Source: a virus
DNA length: 64,000 bases
Virus record (IMG/VR): IMGVR_UViG_3300015263_000719
Span: 1 to 64,000 of that record
Direction: 5' to 3' (one strand)
The translations under genes were made by a program, and so were the position numbers. Shown here piece by piece: positions 30,201-39,532 of this stretch. The notes under the pieces were generated by a model that did not search any database, had not been told where the DNA came from, and saw only the letters and a list, made by a program, of their open reading frames with translations. Numbering within the stretch: the stretch's first letter is position 1; every line of letters begins with the position of its first letter.

Positions 30201-31993
30201 ATCTGAGCAGTATTTTCATTCTGCCATGCTTCTTCTCCATAAAGAAGTTGATCAACATCAACAAGTCCTGATATAGGATTTGGTGTTTGATTACCAAGTC
30301 CTCCAAAATTAATTGGTATAACAAAAGAATCTCCATTTACATTATTAGCATTTGTATTGACAGTTAGGTTTCCTGTTGAGTAATCAATAGTTCCAGAAGG
30401 AAATATGAAAGTCATATAACCTCCTTCAGGTTCAAAAGAACCTGATGGTGTTTCATTAACTGTTCCATGGAAATCAAATTCAAAAGTTGGATTTTGTAAT
30501 GATATAGGATCAAAATCATAAGTAATCTGAATTTCTATAGTACCATCAAGATTTACTACTTTTCTTATATTTGTAAACTGATATGCTATTTCTACTTCTT
30601 CTGTTCCTGTATATATTGGTTGAGCATCAAATTCAGTTTTACATTTACCAGGAATATGAAAGGCTGGTGAATCAAATCCTTGTTTAAAATGAAATATTAA
30701 ACCATAGGCAATAATTTCATCACCCATTTCAGACATTCTTTTAAATGTAGTAAGAGGATTTTTAGGATCACCAAGATTACCTGATTGAGCTGCTACTTCT
30801 TTCCATACAAATTCTGTATTGATTTGACTAACTGCTCTTTGAAAGTCTGACCAGTCTGTTATATCTTTGGTTAGATTATATCTAACAAGTCTTCCATCAA
30901 CTATTTCCATAGCTCTTGAACTAACATATCTGTCCTTAATGGTAGTTAATTCTGATAATGAACCAAGAGTATCTCCATTTGCAAGATTATATCCTGTAAA
31001 CAGATATTCAGTTGTATCAGAAGTAATTGGAATAAGATCTCCTTTTTGAACTACTTCAGTAGTTACACCATCTCCTGTTCTTGCCACTACAGCATATACT
31101 CTTGCATATTTAAATCTGGTATCCAGATTTCCAATATGTAAAAGAACTGATTTATTTGTAACCAGTTGACCACCTATCTGTGCAGTAAATTGGGTAGATA
31201 AATTATAACCACCATCCATTTCATGCCAGTTACCACTATCTGTTTTTTCTCTATCAAAGTTTTCATTATAGATTGTTACTGATTGAGATATTGGACCAAA
31301 CCCTATTGAGTTCAAATCATCATCAAGAACTTCAACTGCAAATTTCCATAGACCAAGTTCCATTTGACCACCTGAATTTCTATGCTCTGCATCCATAATA
31401 CATGGTTGTAGATATTCAGGTTCAAGTTTCATTTCATTACAATCCCATAAATCATTTTCATTTGCTTCTTTTACTGTATAGTGAACAAGGTTTATTTTTC
31501 CAGTAATAGGATCAGCCAGTTCATAAGTTTGAGTAAATCTTTCCAGATCATCAATGTCAATAAATTTATCATAATTAAGTCCGTCATAAAAGTAAACAGT
31601 TCTTGCACATCCTCTTCTGTTTCTATACTTACCTTTAATCATGTTACACTCATCAAAATCAAGACACCTTGTATCTACAAGATGTTCATATTTACATCCT
31701 TTTGAAGCAACACCAATTCCTGATTTCCCTGTAGTTCTATTTACACTAAAGATAAGTATTTCATCATTACCCATATTAACACCTTTACTTACAGGAATAT
31801 ATCCTTCAGGTAAAGACCAACACTGTTCATTACCTGGCTCATTTTGAATTGAACCAGCATCTCCATCAAACTCATCATAAATACCATTGAGAACAAAGTT
31901 CACAACTTCTTCACTTTGTTTAATAGGAGCAGTATCTCTGTCTAAACCTTTTACCAAGGTGTTAACATTGTTTGTAATATTATCTCTAGTCAT
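27257..31993 (-). CDS. tail stabilisation / muzzle protein (P22 gp10-like, crAss Tstab)
   Basis: KGLDRD N-terminus, IRHHRLP, SWTISYS..WISYHSY motifs; 1578 aa; after the tubular protein. Confidence 0.8.
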   Translation of the reverse strand: MTRDNITNNVNTLVKGLDRDTAPIKQSEEVVNFVLNGIYDEFDGDAGSIQNEPGNEQCWSLPEGYIPVSKGVNMGNDEILIFSVNRTTGKSGIGVASKGCKYEHLVDTRCLDFDECNMIKGKYRNRRGCARTVYFYDGLNYDKFIDIDDLERFTQTYELADPITGKINLVHYTVKEANENDLWDCNEMKLEPEYLQPCIMDAEHRNSGGQMELGLWKFAVEVLDDDLNSIGFGPISQSVTIYNENFDREKTDSGNWHEMDGGYNLSTQFTAQIGGQLVTNKSVLLHIGNLDTRFKYARVYAVVARTGDGVTTEVVQKGDLIPITSDTTEYLFTGYNLANGDTLGSLSELTTIKDRYVSSRAMEIVDGRLVRYNLTKDITDWSDFQRAVSQINTEFVWKEVAAQSGNLGDPKNPLTTFKRMSEMGDEIIAYGLIFHFKQGFDSPAFHIPGKCKTEFDAQPIYTGTEEVEIAYQFTNIRKVVNLDGTIEIQITYDFDPISLQNPTFEFDFHGTVNETPSGSFEPEGGYMTFIFPSGTIDYSTGNLTVNTNANNVNGDSFVIPINFGGLGNQTPNPISGLVDVDQLLYGEEAWQNENTAQITGDMRGTMGYHECANACYPAIYDCEGKSIWGVDSCGNELINTPIRHHRLPDRNLVPHYDYDTNTIRPLGVLFSNVTYPHPDIIGHSFVRVNRDDFTKTVLAAGFLHSTCSTDERSVVVSMNHNATQDNEFISPDIKVNGRIQNADYAYINHKVGFNTAHQTSSDNIYNEAARKYGGDDLFIGNRIYRGDSIIDINPHKIDIEQNKIVSALSKTVGDKEVVNLLWDNKINYIKTSEVPDRNLFELQYTYLKRDAEVYCNLDSLIYYRTHSCPFFGSSGTFEVFGGDTFINYLDLIRSWLSDVDPSQTNSIWAIIGIVISAVLAVVTYGGSIAVAAIIIAAVGITAVTTASVIAENIEGRYAECTIDPFIKASDAPLFGDGSVLFISELLDTVYSESTVNFDLRHTGEGELTKKFSDFRSGTDYIADLERYYKNKYVTICEDDDKDCSDSQNNDKGYKIRDILLPELYWYNPDYNLLKAFGENNYISLGQNYDYCDDCNDREPNTAIWSAKAFDEELADAMRIFKPLDRITIGTHAGEITNVKYDRNRMLVVTENSSFFITPNARTLQADEDTVYTGIGDFLAIPEQEYIKVDWGYGGNQGRFNAVLSEYGWTYVDQQSGEVFNYTANGLQPLNRGLVNWFKEELPSKLLCLLDEWKIEHTCPDSTTTINGLGIDATFDPRYKRYILHKTDFLPKKFNGEYNTNGMNRAGFYYLPARNTWINVSETGLETFVPLGDPKYFTNESWTISYSYLVQAWISYHSYQPSVMMNNGDTFFSFNFDNQAWKHVDRNFTTYYGDKYDFIVDYTINNLPTDDLHALHWYSRSKVWDVNNKRWIDVANKTFDKMLIYNSNQSTGDQKLIYLDKEVNPHGNRIGWSNTEKDVILTEKDYKVSAIRDLSIDQPSITSNFDELADQFNLSDSERQGYIDCVTFTDNIDYNKSEYNLADMKDKYHLVRLYFTKENTDDIKIILDIINSRTFVSKH

Positions 31994-32979
31994 TAGTTAT
32001 AATAATATTTTGTATTCTTGTCACCTATTTTATAAGACCAGGTTGCTGGACTTTTTAATATTCTGGATTCATTATACATAATAGAGAAATGATTCTTCAT
32101 ATCAATTCCACTTAACTTCATAATTCCTTTTGCTTCAAGCATACTGTTTCTGGATAAAGAAATATTTTCTTTGAACATATTCATTGCAAGCTGAGGTTCA
32201 ACAGTAGTTCTTCTTAACCAGTATTGAGCCATTCCAAAATGAGCCATGGCTAACCAAAGTTGTTCAGGATGAGAAGGAGCAAGAAAGTTATCACCATCAT
32301 TTGCTTCCTTTACATATTCAATACAAACTGTTCCTGAAGATATTTCAGTAAGTAAACACAAATCCTGAGTAATACTAAATTCAGTATAATCATTTCTTGC
32401 ATATTCCTGATGAATACTGTCATAGCATTTTCTGGTAAAATAATCTTTATGTGTTCTACCAATATATCTCATTGGTTTCCAGCAATTCTCCCAATAAGGT
32501 GTTTGTAAAAATAACTGGTAGTTTAAACTACAGCACGTATTAGCACTTGAACTAAATGATTTTTCAACTGTTGTAACTTTTGTAGCACCACCTGGAAGTG
32601 TTGTTTCTTCAGTAGTAGTTTCAGTAGTAGTTTCATTGCAGCTTGGACAATCAGTTTCATCATCATCTGCAAGAGCATCTTTATAATTATCATATTTAAC
32701 ACAAGAATTTAGTGAGGATAACTCTTCATCAGTAGGAGACTTGTATAAAATACTAATTCCTGTGATCTTTTTAAGACCAGCAGGAAGTTGTCCCTTGTGA
32801 TTTACAATATCTATGAAAGCAAGGTCATGTATAAATCTGTCATGCATATTAACTGTTCTTAGTTTTTGTAATGCCCATGATTCCCATTGTTGCACATCAT
32901 CCAATTCTCTTCTGTAAGTATTAGGAATGTAGTTCATTACATGCCTTAGAGGTTTATATTCTAGTGTTCCTATTTCCAT
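31993..32979 (-). CDS. tail tubular / ring protein (P22 gp4-like, crAss Ttub)
   Basis: IVNHKGQLP, GTVCIEY motifs; conserved order IHF-Ttub-Tstab. Confidence 0.7.
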   Translation of the reverse strand: MEIGTLEYKPLRHVMNYIPNTYRRELDDVQQWESWALQKLRTVNMHDRFIHDLAFIDIVNHKGQLPAGLKKITGISILYKSPTDEELSSLNSCVKYDNYKDALADDDETDCPSCNETTTETTTEETTLPGGATKVTTVEKSFSSSANTCCSLNYQLFLQTPYWENCWKPMRYIGRTHKDYFTRKCYDSIHQEYARNDYTEFSITQDLCLLTEISSGTVCIEYVKEANDGDNFLAPSHPEQLWLAMAHFGMAQYWLRRTTVEPQLAMNMFKENISLSRNSMLEAKGIMKLSGIDMKNHFSIMYNESRILKSPATWSYKIGDKNTKYYYN

Positions 32980-33497
32980 TAGTATTCTATTAATCTATTT
33001 ATCATTGAAGCATCTTTCATTAAGTTCTTAGAAATAAATTTCCAATTATGAGGTGTTAAATCAAATCTCCAATGCCATTTGTATGCAAACTGTTTTCTAT
33101 CTCTAACCCATTTCAATAAAGGACAATATCCTCCTGTATGATAGTTATTATGATAGATATATTTTCTATCTTCTTTTTCTACTGTTTTATTGTATTCTCC
33201 ATATTTTTGTTCAGTGGCGTATAAGTTTATTCTTCTTCCTTTAGGTTTCCACTTCTTTAAACATAGATCACCAAGAAAATTTGGTATAACAAAACATTTT
33301 CCAGATATCAAATATAACATTACATATTTAAAATATACCATGATTACATTTTTCCATTCTTTATAAGAAAGAGTATAATCATGTTCAACTATTTCTTTCT
33401 TATTAAAATATGGTACTGGTATTGTTGTGCTATTTACATCATACCACTTGTAATCATAATTCAAATATAAATCCTTTAATGTAATTCTTTTATTCAT
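32979..33497 (-). CDS. IHF/HU-like DNA-binding protein (crAss gene 53-like)
   Basis: Basic protein, ISGKCFVIPNFLGDLCLKK HU-like strand motif; conserved position. Confidence 0.6.
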   Translation of the reverse strand: MNKRITLKDLYLNYDYKWYDVNSTTIPVPYFNKKEIVEHDYTLSYKEWKNVIMVYFKYVMLYLISGKCFVIPNFLGDLCLKKWKPKGRRINLYATEQKYGEYNKTVEKEDRKYIYHNNYHTGGYCPLLKWVRDRKQFAYKWHWRFDLTPHNWKFISKNLMKDASMINRLIEY

Positions 33498-33499
33498 TC

Positions 33500-34162
33500 T
33501 TATTGTCTCAAATCAGGATTGGAATTAGAAGTAATGTCTACACCTAATTGTATTGATATACCTAGTTGCTGTGCAGCCATATTATATATATCATATACTT
33601 TTCCTCCTTCAAGATCAAAATCTAAATCTCTGATATCCAAACATGGATTATCTTCTGAGCAATATTGTATACCTTCCCAATCAAGAAGATTATCCCAATA
33701 ACCAGTAACCATTACTGCTGGATAAAGAAGATTGTTCCAAATAATTATTTTTTGATTTCTAATCATATATCCGTGTTTACCACCAAGTATATCATCAGTC
33801 TTCACATCTTTAATTTCCTCTTCATTCCTATTGGGAATAAGAACATCTCCTAATGTATGAATTTTAATATGATCTTTTGTTCTTGATGTTGCTACACCAG
33901 GAATAGCATATTTTGATTTCAATACTGTACATCCAACTGGAACACAATCACAATCATGTGACTTTGTTTTTTCTAACTCTATACAAAAAGTCCTATATTC
34001 AAAATCAGATACTTTATCATCTTTACTAAGTGTCTGATCTCTAAGTTTCATCTTAGCATTGTTAAGAGCTTTATATATATCTTTATCTGTGAATCTTGTA
34101 CTATCAGTATGTTCACCAGTTACTGTTCTAAACTCAGCTATATGATCTTTAATCTTTCCCAT
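33500..34162 (-). CDS. tail ring protein
   Basis: TDKDIYKALN, CIELEK..CTVLKSKYAIP motifs; position upstream of the IHF-like gene as in crAss-like phages. Confidence 0.55.
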   Translation of the reverse strand: MGKIKDHIAEFRTVTGEHTDSTRFTDKDIYKALNNAKMKLRDQTLSKDDKVSDFEYRTFCIELEKTKSHDCDCVPVGCTVLKSKYAIPGVATSRTKDHIKIHTLGDVLIPNRNEEEIKDVKTDDILGGKHGYMIRNQKIIIWNNLLYPAVMVTGYWDNLLDWEGIQYCSEDNPCLDIRDLDFDLEGGKVYDIYNMAAQQLGISIQLGVDITSNSNPDLRQ

Positions 34163-34165
34163 TTA

Positions 34166-34351
34166 TTAATTTGTTTTTAATGTACCTAATACAAGATCTA
34201 CTGCAAATCTTTCATTTGTTTCTACATCAACTCTATAAACAACATCTTCAATAGAATGTAATGTTAAACAAAAATCTCCTTTTCCTTTAGAGTAAAACAT
34301 GAAAGGTTCTGCAACATGCATTCTATCACATACAACTTTATACTGTGTCAT
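34166..34351 (-). CDS. hypothetical protein (61 aa)
   Basis: ATGA-coupled to the nuclease gene. Confidence 0.55.
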   Translation of the reverse strand: MTQYKVVCDRMHVAEPFMFYSKGKGDFCLTLHSIEDVVYRVDVETNERFAVDLVLGTLKTN

Positions 34352-35235
34352 ACAAATAATTTTTCAGGTGATATCTCAGCAAGTTTTATTAATTCATATG
34401 TATCATTTTCATGATATATCCAAACTATATAAGAACTTCCAAACTCAAGATTTGTATTTTTCTCAAGTATGTACTTATACATAGATACCTGTAAACTATA
34501 TTTATTAAACTCACAATCATCTAAATGATTAAAAGGAGGATAAAATTTAGAGAATCTATTTGTTCTGTTAATTTTTTTATCAGTCTTGTAATCATATAAA
34601 TGAAGTAACTTAGTGTTTAGATCGTAAAATATAGCATCAACTTGTCCTGCATAACCTAACTCACTATCTCCTACAACAAACTCTAATCTAACTGGAATAA
34701 GATTAGGATGATCTTTCATAAATTGATCAGCCATTCTATAACATTTAGTTACACTCTTTACAAAGTCATCCAAGTCAGATTGAGTCTTTATAAAAGATAA
34801 AGAAATATTTGGTTTCAATATCTTTGATCCCCATTTGTTTTCAAGATAATAATGTGTTAATGTTCCTCTTGTCCTTCCTATAAGTCCCTCATGTTTCCAT
34901 TGATTTCTTATAGAACTGGGTGAAGCAGTCAAGAATAGACTGCTATCACCACTGAGTTCTGTATATAAAAGGAAGGAATCATTAATCATTATGTGATTCT
35001 CAGGAACATTTTTGGACTTGTCACTTTTGACAGTATATCCATTTGCTTGTAAAGCCTTATAAACAGACCAATACTCTGCTTTAAATGGTTCCTGTAATTT
35101 CTTCAGTTTAGTAGTAACAGACTCTAATTGAGAATCTGTATTAATGTCAATATACTTATGTCCTTGTTCAAAAAACAAAATATTGTTAAACTTATTAAGT
35201 TCAACCAATACTGTTTCTAAATACTTTTCCACCAA
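34348..35235 (-). CDS. PD-(D/E)xK (RecB/Cas4-like) exonuclease
   Basis: GTLTHYYLE, RLEFVV, AGQVDAIF, YDYKT, YSLQVSMY. Confidence 0.85.
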   Translation of the reverse strand: MVEKYLETVLVELNKFNNILFFEQGHKYIDINTDSQLESVTTKLKKLQEPFKAEYWSVYKALQANGYTVKSDKSKNVPENHIMINDSFLLYTELSGDSSLFLTASPSSIRNQWKHEGLIGRTRGTLTHYYLENKWGSKILKPNISLSFIKTQSDLDDFVKSVTKCYRMADQFMKDHPNLIPVRLEFVVGDSELGYAGQVDAIFYDLNTKLLHLYDYKTDKKINRTNRFSKFYPPFNHLDDCEFNKYSLQVSMYKYILEKNTNLEFGSSYIVWIYHENDTYELIKLAEISPEKLFV

Positions 35236-36034
35236 ATACTATTTTATTATTATTAAAGTCAATTTGTATAGCATGAGATTTACCATCTTCATCTAAATAA
35301 ATAGCTCCAAATCCATTTCTCCATGCCTCCTTTTGTTGTTTACTCATATAATTAAATACTTTGGCTTCTTTATTTCCCATCCATCCAAGATTCAATACTC
35401 TACAATGTGAGTCAGCATAACTATTTTGTCTATGTGTATGAACAAATACTGCATTTCTTTTAAGTTCAGTTAAGTGCTTATGAGCTGAATGTTTATTACA
35501 CCAATGCCCATGTAATATTGTAGTATCTCCAAGTGTAGCTTCTGCATTTACAGAATCAGTTAATACAGTATAACCTCTTTCTTCAAGAAATAAAGCTTCA
35601 GCAGGAGACTTAACAACTTTCTTACCTAACTTAGCCATATCAACTTCTGCAAGTCTTTGGTCATACCATGCTTCATGATTACCATACAAATATAATTTTT
35701 CAATATCAGGATTGATTTGATCTAATCTATCTAATATTGTATTACCTGCATCATACTCATCTTCAAGTAACAATCCAGGAATTGTAATCTTTCCTTTATT
35801 ATGTCTTGATATGCTATGCATATCTAAAAAATCACCAATAATAAAATGTCCTTTAAGTAAATCTTCTTTTGTTAAATATTCAAATAGTTGTAAAAAACAA
35901 CTAAATAAATTAAGATTAATAAAAGGAGCATGCCAACAACCTGTAATTAAATAATATCCTGGTTCTTTATACTCAGGAGATTTATTATCCCAGCTTGTAC
36001 TGGAATATTTTATTAGTTTATCTGTTCTTTTCAT
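35201..36034 (-). CDS. calcineurin-like metallophosphoesterase
   Basis: GCWH (variant DxH), GDFLD, GNHE, HGH, VHTH. Confidence 0.85.
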   Translation of the reverse strand: MKRTDKLIKYSSTSWDNKSPEYKEPGYYLITGCWHAPFINLNLFSCFLQLFEYLTKEDLLKGHFIIGDFLDMHSISRHNKGKITIPGLLLEDEYDAGNTILDRLDQINPDIEKLYLYGNHEAWYDQRLAEVDMAKLGKKVVKSPAEALFLEERGYTVLTDSVNAEATLGDTTILHGHWCNKHSAHKHLTELKRNAVFVHTHRQNSYADSHCRVLNLGWMGNKEAKVFNYMSKQQKEAWRNGFGAIYLDEDGKSHAIQIDFNNNKIVFGGKVFRNSIG

Positions 36035-36087
36035 AAATATTTTTTTAATGATTCCTTATAATTTCCATTGAAGGAAATAATATTGTG

Positions 36088-36119
36088 TAAAGATAATATT
36101 AATTTTTAACAATGTCAAG
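36088..36119 (-). promoter_or_regulatory. Bacteroidota sigma-A type promoter
   Basis: Minus strand CTTG(ACATTG), 20-nt spacer, TATCTTTA; just downstream of a terminator. Confidence 0.6.
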
Positions 36120-36140
36120 TATTTTTTCCAAGTTTCCCTA

Positions 36141-36173
36141 AAAAGAAAAAGGAGAAGGCATTACACCTTCTCC
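36141..36173 (-). terminator. intrinsic terminator after the holin-like gene
   Basis: Minus strand GGAGAAGG-TGTAATG-CCTTCTCC followed by TTTTTCTTTTT. Confidence 0.85.
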
Positions 36174-36214
36174 CTCAATCATGAAAACTAACCAACTAAC
36201 TAAACAACTGGATT

Positions 36215-36436
36215 TTATTGTTCACTTGTTTTCTTTAATATTTTTTCACTACTGCGTGAAATTGCATAAACACCCATATAGCCTCCCATTATACTAAGTA
36301 TAGTCATTACAGGAGTAGTTTCCACACAAGGAAACTTTCCACTTATACATCCAATAAGTACCACTATCATTGTTAATCCAAACAACAAAGTATTAATAGG
36401 TCTATGGTAATTTTTAATAGCTTCTAAAATATTCAT
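36215..36436 (-). CDS. holin-like membrane protein
   Basis: Two hydrophobic helices and YAISRSSEK, resembling the YFxxRSxEK motif of GTA-type holins; basic C-terminus. Confidence 0.65.
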   Translation of the reverse strand: MNILEAIKNYHRPINTLLFGLTMIVVLIGCISGKFPCVETTPVMTILSIMGGYMGVYAISRSSEKILKKTSEQ

Positions 36437-36738
36437 TATCGTAATTGTCTTATAAGTTCATCTAATTTTTTATCTATTTCCTTCATATCTCTTTTGATCT
36501 CAGGAAATGCTTCCATTCTGACTTTTATCTCTCTCACATCTGCCTTTAATAAACCAAGTTCATTTACAGCCTGATCATGCTGAGTAATCTTCTTTTCATT
36601 ATTTAGTACTCTTGCTTGTAATGTAAAATACAAACCAGCAACAGTAATAGAATAAATTATTAAAGAAGTTATTACAGCCCAAAAAGTTTTAATGTTAAGA
36701 GTAATAGTCTTTTCAGTAATCATATTATCGTTAGCCAT
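36436..36738 (-). CDS. single-TM coiled-coil protein, probable lysis accessory
   Basis: One TM helix (FWAVITSLIIYSITVAGLYF) then coiled coil; TAATG-coupled to the holin-like gene. Confidence 0.5.
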   Translation of the reverse strand: MANDNMITEKTITLNIKTFWAVITSLIIYSITVAGLYFTLQARVLNNEKKITQHDQAVNELGLLKADVREIKVRMEAFPEIKRDMKEIDKKLDELIRQLR

Positions 36739-36739
36739 T

Positions 36740-39532
36740 TTAAGATATTGTAATGTCAGCCTCTGCTGTACATGAATATTCTGAGCAATTTACATCCACT
36801 GAATATAAACCAAGAACTGCAGTAGTAATTACTTGAGTAGTTTCACCTGTACTCCATAAGTAACTGACAGTTCCTGAACATGTAGGGGTCAGTGTTGCTG
36901 TTAAAGTTCTTTCATCACATGTGACAGTAATTGGATTACCATCACCACCTGATATAGCCATTGTTACACCTGCAGTCAATATAATTGAATTATATTCAGA
37001 TGATGCAGTATCAATAACTGATGTAGAAGGTAAAGCCAAACCTGTTATATCTCCACATAGTGTAGAATAAGTTTGTTTTAAAACTTCTGCTGCTAATGTA
37101 GATACTGCTTTTATAACAGTAGTAGCATTAGCTGGTGTTGATCCATCTATATCAAAATTGATATCTGAATCAGTAGATTTAATAGCTACCCAATCTCCTG
37201 TTGGAGAATGTTTAGCTCTAGTTTTGATTGTAAAGTATCCACCTGCAGTAACATTACATGTTACATTAATGTCTGTAATAGCTAAACTGATTTGATTAGC
37301 TACAGCATTTTTAATTACAATATCAAGTCTTGGTCCAAGTAAAGCATAATTGGAACCATCAAAGATTAAATCTCCACCTGATACTGTACCTGCAGGTCCA
37401 ATCAAATTAGAACCAGTAGGACTAACATCAAGTACATAAGCTGTTTCAATTGCACCATCCCAATGGTAAACCTTAACATCTTCAAGATAACCTCCTACTG
37501 TAATTAAATCTGTAAACACATCTACTTGTGAAGCTTGTGTATACATATAAGTTCCAGTATCTGTAATAACAGTATTGGAAATAACTGAAGGTGTTCCACA
37601 ATCTTTTGTTACTTTGAATCTTACTTTCTCTGTTACATAAATATCATCTGCAGATATTGTTGCATTCCAGGCTGAGGTTGCTGTATCTGGATTCTCAATT
37701 GAATAATCATAATCACATGAGTTTGCAACTTCTGCAATAGTAACACCATTATTATTAATGGTAACTACTTGTGTTTGAGTTGAACAACCATCAGTTAAAG
37801 AATAAGTAAATTCATAAGAACCTGTATCTGTTGTACCATCTTCAAACTGTACTTCTGGTGTATCATCTACACCAACTGGATCATTAAGAGCATAAGCTCC
37901 TGACACAGTATCTACAGTAAAAGTTTGAGGAAAACTAGGTGCTCCTGTAATAGTCCAGGTTCCACCTGTATCATAAGTTCCACCAAGTAAATCAAGTAAA
38001 TTATATACAGTCTCGTTTGATAAACAAGTTTCAGTGGTAGTTGTAGTACCTACATAAGCACAATCAGATGTTACTGTTACTGTAACTGAACTGGAATATA
38101 TTCCTGACCAGTTAGCAACTTTGTAATCATAAGTGCTTACACCTCTAAATCCAACAGCAGGAACAAATTGAATTGTACCTGCACCAGTATTTACATTTAA
38201 TGATCCTTCCGCTACTGGAGGATATGAAGTTATTACAATTGAACCTGGATTAATATTTCCTGTATCATTTGCAAGAACATCATAATCTGTTGGAGTACTT
38301 TCACAACCTTGACAATAAGCATCAGCATTAGCTGTAGGACCTGCTATACAATCAAAAATTATAACAACTTCTACAGTTCCTGTTTCATCTCCTTCATCAG
38401 TAGGAAGTTTCCATCTTACAGTTTCTGTACCTGATGGAGCTCCTGTAAAAGTATATTCTATTTCATGATCAGCATTAAAATCAACCTGACCAAAAGCAGT
38501 TGTCATAGAAGCTGTTTCACCAATTCCTGATGCCACTTGAGCTCCTACAGCAATAAATTCAAATTCTTCCCAAATAGGGTTACAGTTACTTGTTACAACA
38601 ATATCATCTAAATCAATTAGAGTAACAGTAAAAGGTGTACCTGTAGCTTGCTCATCACAAGTTAATCTTCTGGTATATCTAGGTGCTGTAATACATGAAC
38701 CTGGAGAACCACAATTTACATAATCAACAGTAAATGTTCCAGTAGAACTTGTATTACTATTTACATCTTCAACAGTCCATGTTGCAGTATATGTACCTGC
38801 TGGTCCTAAACTATTCTGAGAGTAAGTTATGCATCCATTTTCATCAACTTCATGAAATTGAAAATAAGGACTTGCTCCTTTATCCCAACTAAAGTCTAAT
38901 GTTGACCAATTAATTTCACCAATGCATGAATCTGCCTGAAGGCAAAATACATGTTGAGTGGAAATATCTTGTCTTACACAAATAACTTGTTGTTGATTTT
39001 GTGCAAGTGGGGTACAAAATTGAAAGGTATATTGAGTTGTTAACTGACATCCACTACCATTAGTAACAGTCACATATATAGGTGAACTGGTAACACTTGG
39101 TCTATCAGTTTTAATTTTTAGTTTTATTACGTCAGTTCCCTGACCTGATACTAAACTGAATACAGAAGTATCATATGTCCATTGGTAAGTTGCTCCACTG
39201 GTAACTCCAGTGTGCAATGCTGTAAGCTGTAAATCTAATCCACTTAGCTGATCACTAAAACCAGTACTGGTGAGATCATCACATGGAGAACCAACAGCTA
39301 TATCAAATGTAGCTTTACATCCTTTTGAGTCAATGACATGTAAGGATATATCAGCTTGTTCTGCACATTCCTGACTATTAAAGGAAATAGTAGTTTGTAT
39401 GATACCATTGTCAGATGTTCCTGATGGAGTAGAAAAACTTTCTACACAATTAGGATCATTGTTAATCCATTGGTAATCATAAGGAGCTGTACCTGATGAT
39501 GCTACACTAACTATTTTAGTTACAGTTATCAT
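36740..39532 (-). CDS. Cys/Thr-rich tandem Ig-like (PKD/Big_9-type) virion protein
   Basis: GTAPYDYQW, ATYQWT, PTANAD..DVLAND, YLWSTGETTQ motifs. Confidence 0.65.
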   Translation of the reverse strand: MITVTKIVSVASSGTAPYDYQWINNDPNCVESFSTPSGTSDNGIIQTTISFNSQECAEQADISLHVIDSKGCKATFDIAVGSPCDDLTSTGFSDQLSGLDLQLTALHTGVTSGATYQWTYDTSVFSLVSGQGTDVIKLKIKTDRPSVTSSPIYVTVTNGSGCQLTTQYTFQFCTPLAQNQQQVICVRQDISTQHVFCLQADSCIGEINWSTLDFSWDKGASPYFQFHEVDENGCITYSQNSLGPAGTYTATWTVEDVNSNTSSTGTFTVDYVNCGSPGSCITAPRYTRRLTCDEQATGTPFTVTLIDLDDIVVTSNCNPIWEEFEFIAVGAQVASGIGETASMTTAFGQVDFNADHEIEYTFTGAPSGTETVRWKLPTDEGDETGTVEVVIIFDCIAGPTANADAYCQGCESTPTDYDVLANDTGNINPGSIVITSYPPVAEGSLNVNTGAGTIQFVPAVGFRGVSTYDYKVANWSGIYSSSVTVTVTSDCAYVGTTTTTETCLSNETVYNLLDLLGGTYDTGGTWTITGAPSFPQTFTVDTVSGAYALNDPVGVDDTPEVQFEDGTTDTGSYEFTYSLTDGCSTQTQVVTINNNGVTIAEVANSCDYDYSIENPDTATSAWNATISADDIYVTEKVRFKVTKDCGTPSVISNTVITDTGTYMYTQASQVDVFTDLITVGGYLEDVKVYHWDGAIETAYVLDVSPTGSNLIGPAGTVSGGDLIFDGSNYALLGPRLDIVIKNAVANQISLAITDINVTCNVTAGGYFTIKTRAKHSPTGDWVAIKSTDSDINFDIDGSTPANATTVIKAVSTLAAEVLKQTYSTLCGDITGLALPSTSVIDTASSEYNSIILTAGVTMAISGGDGNPITVTCDERTLTATLTPTCSGTVSYLWSTGETTQVITTAVLGLYSVDVNCSEYSCTAEADITIS

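Noticed and set aside
34348-35235. CRISPR-associated Cas4 or CRISPR array
   Set aside because: No Fe-S Cys cluster, no other cas genes and no repeat-spacer array seen
36181-36270. 29-aa antisense ORF and AACTAAC micro-repeats opposite the holin-like gene
   Set aside because: No promoter or conservation evidence; likely chance
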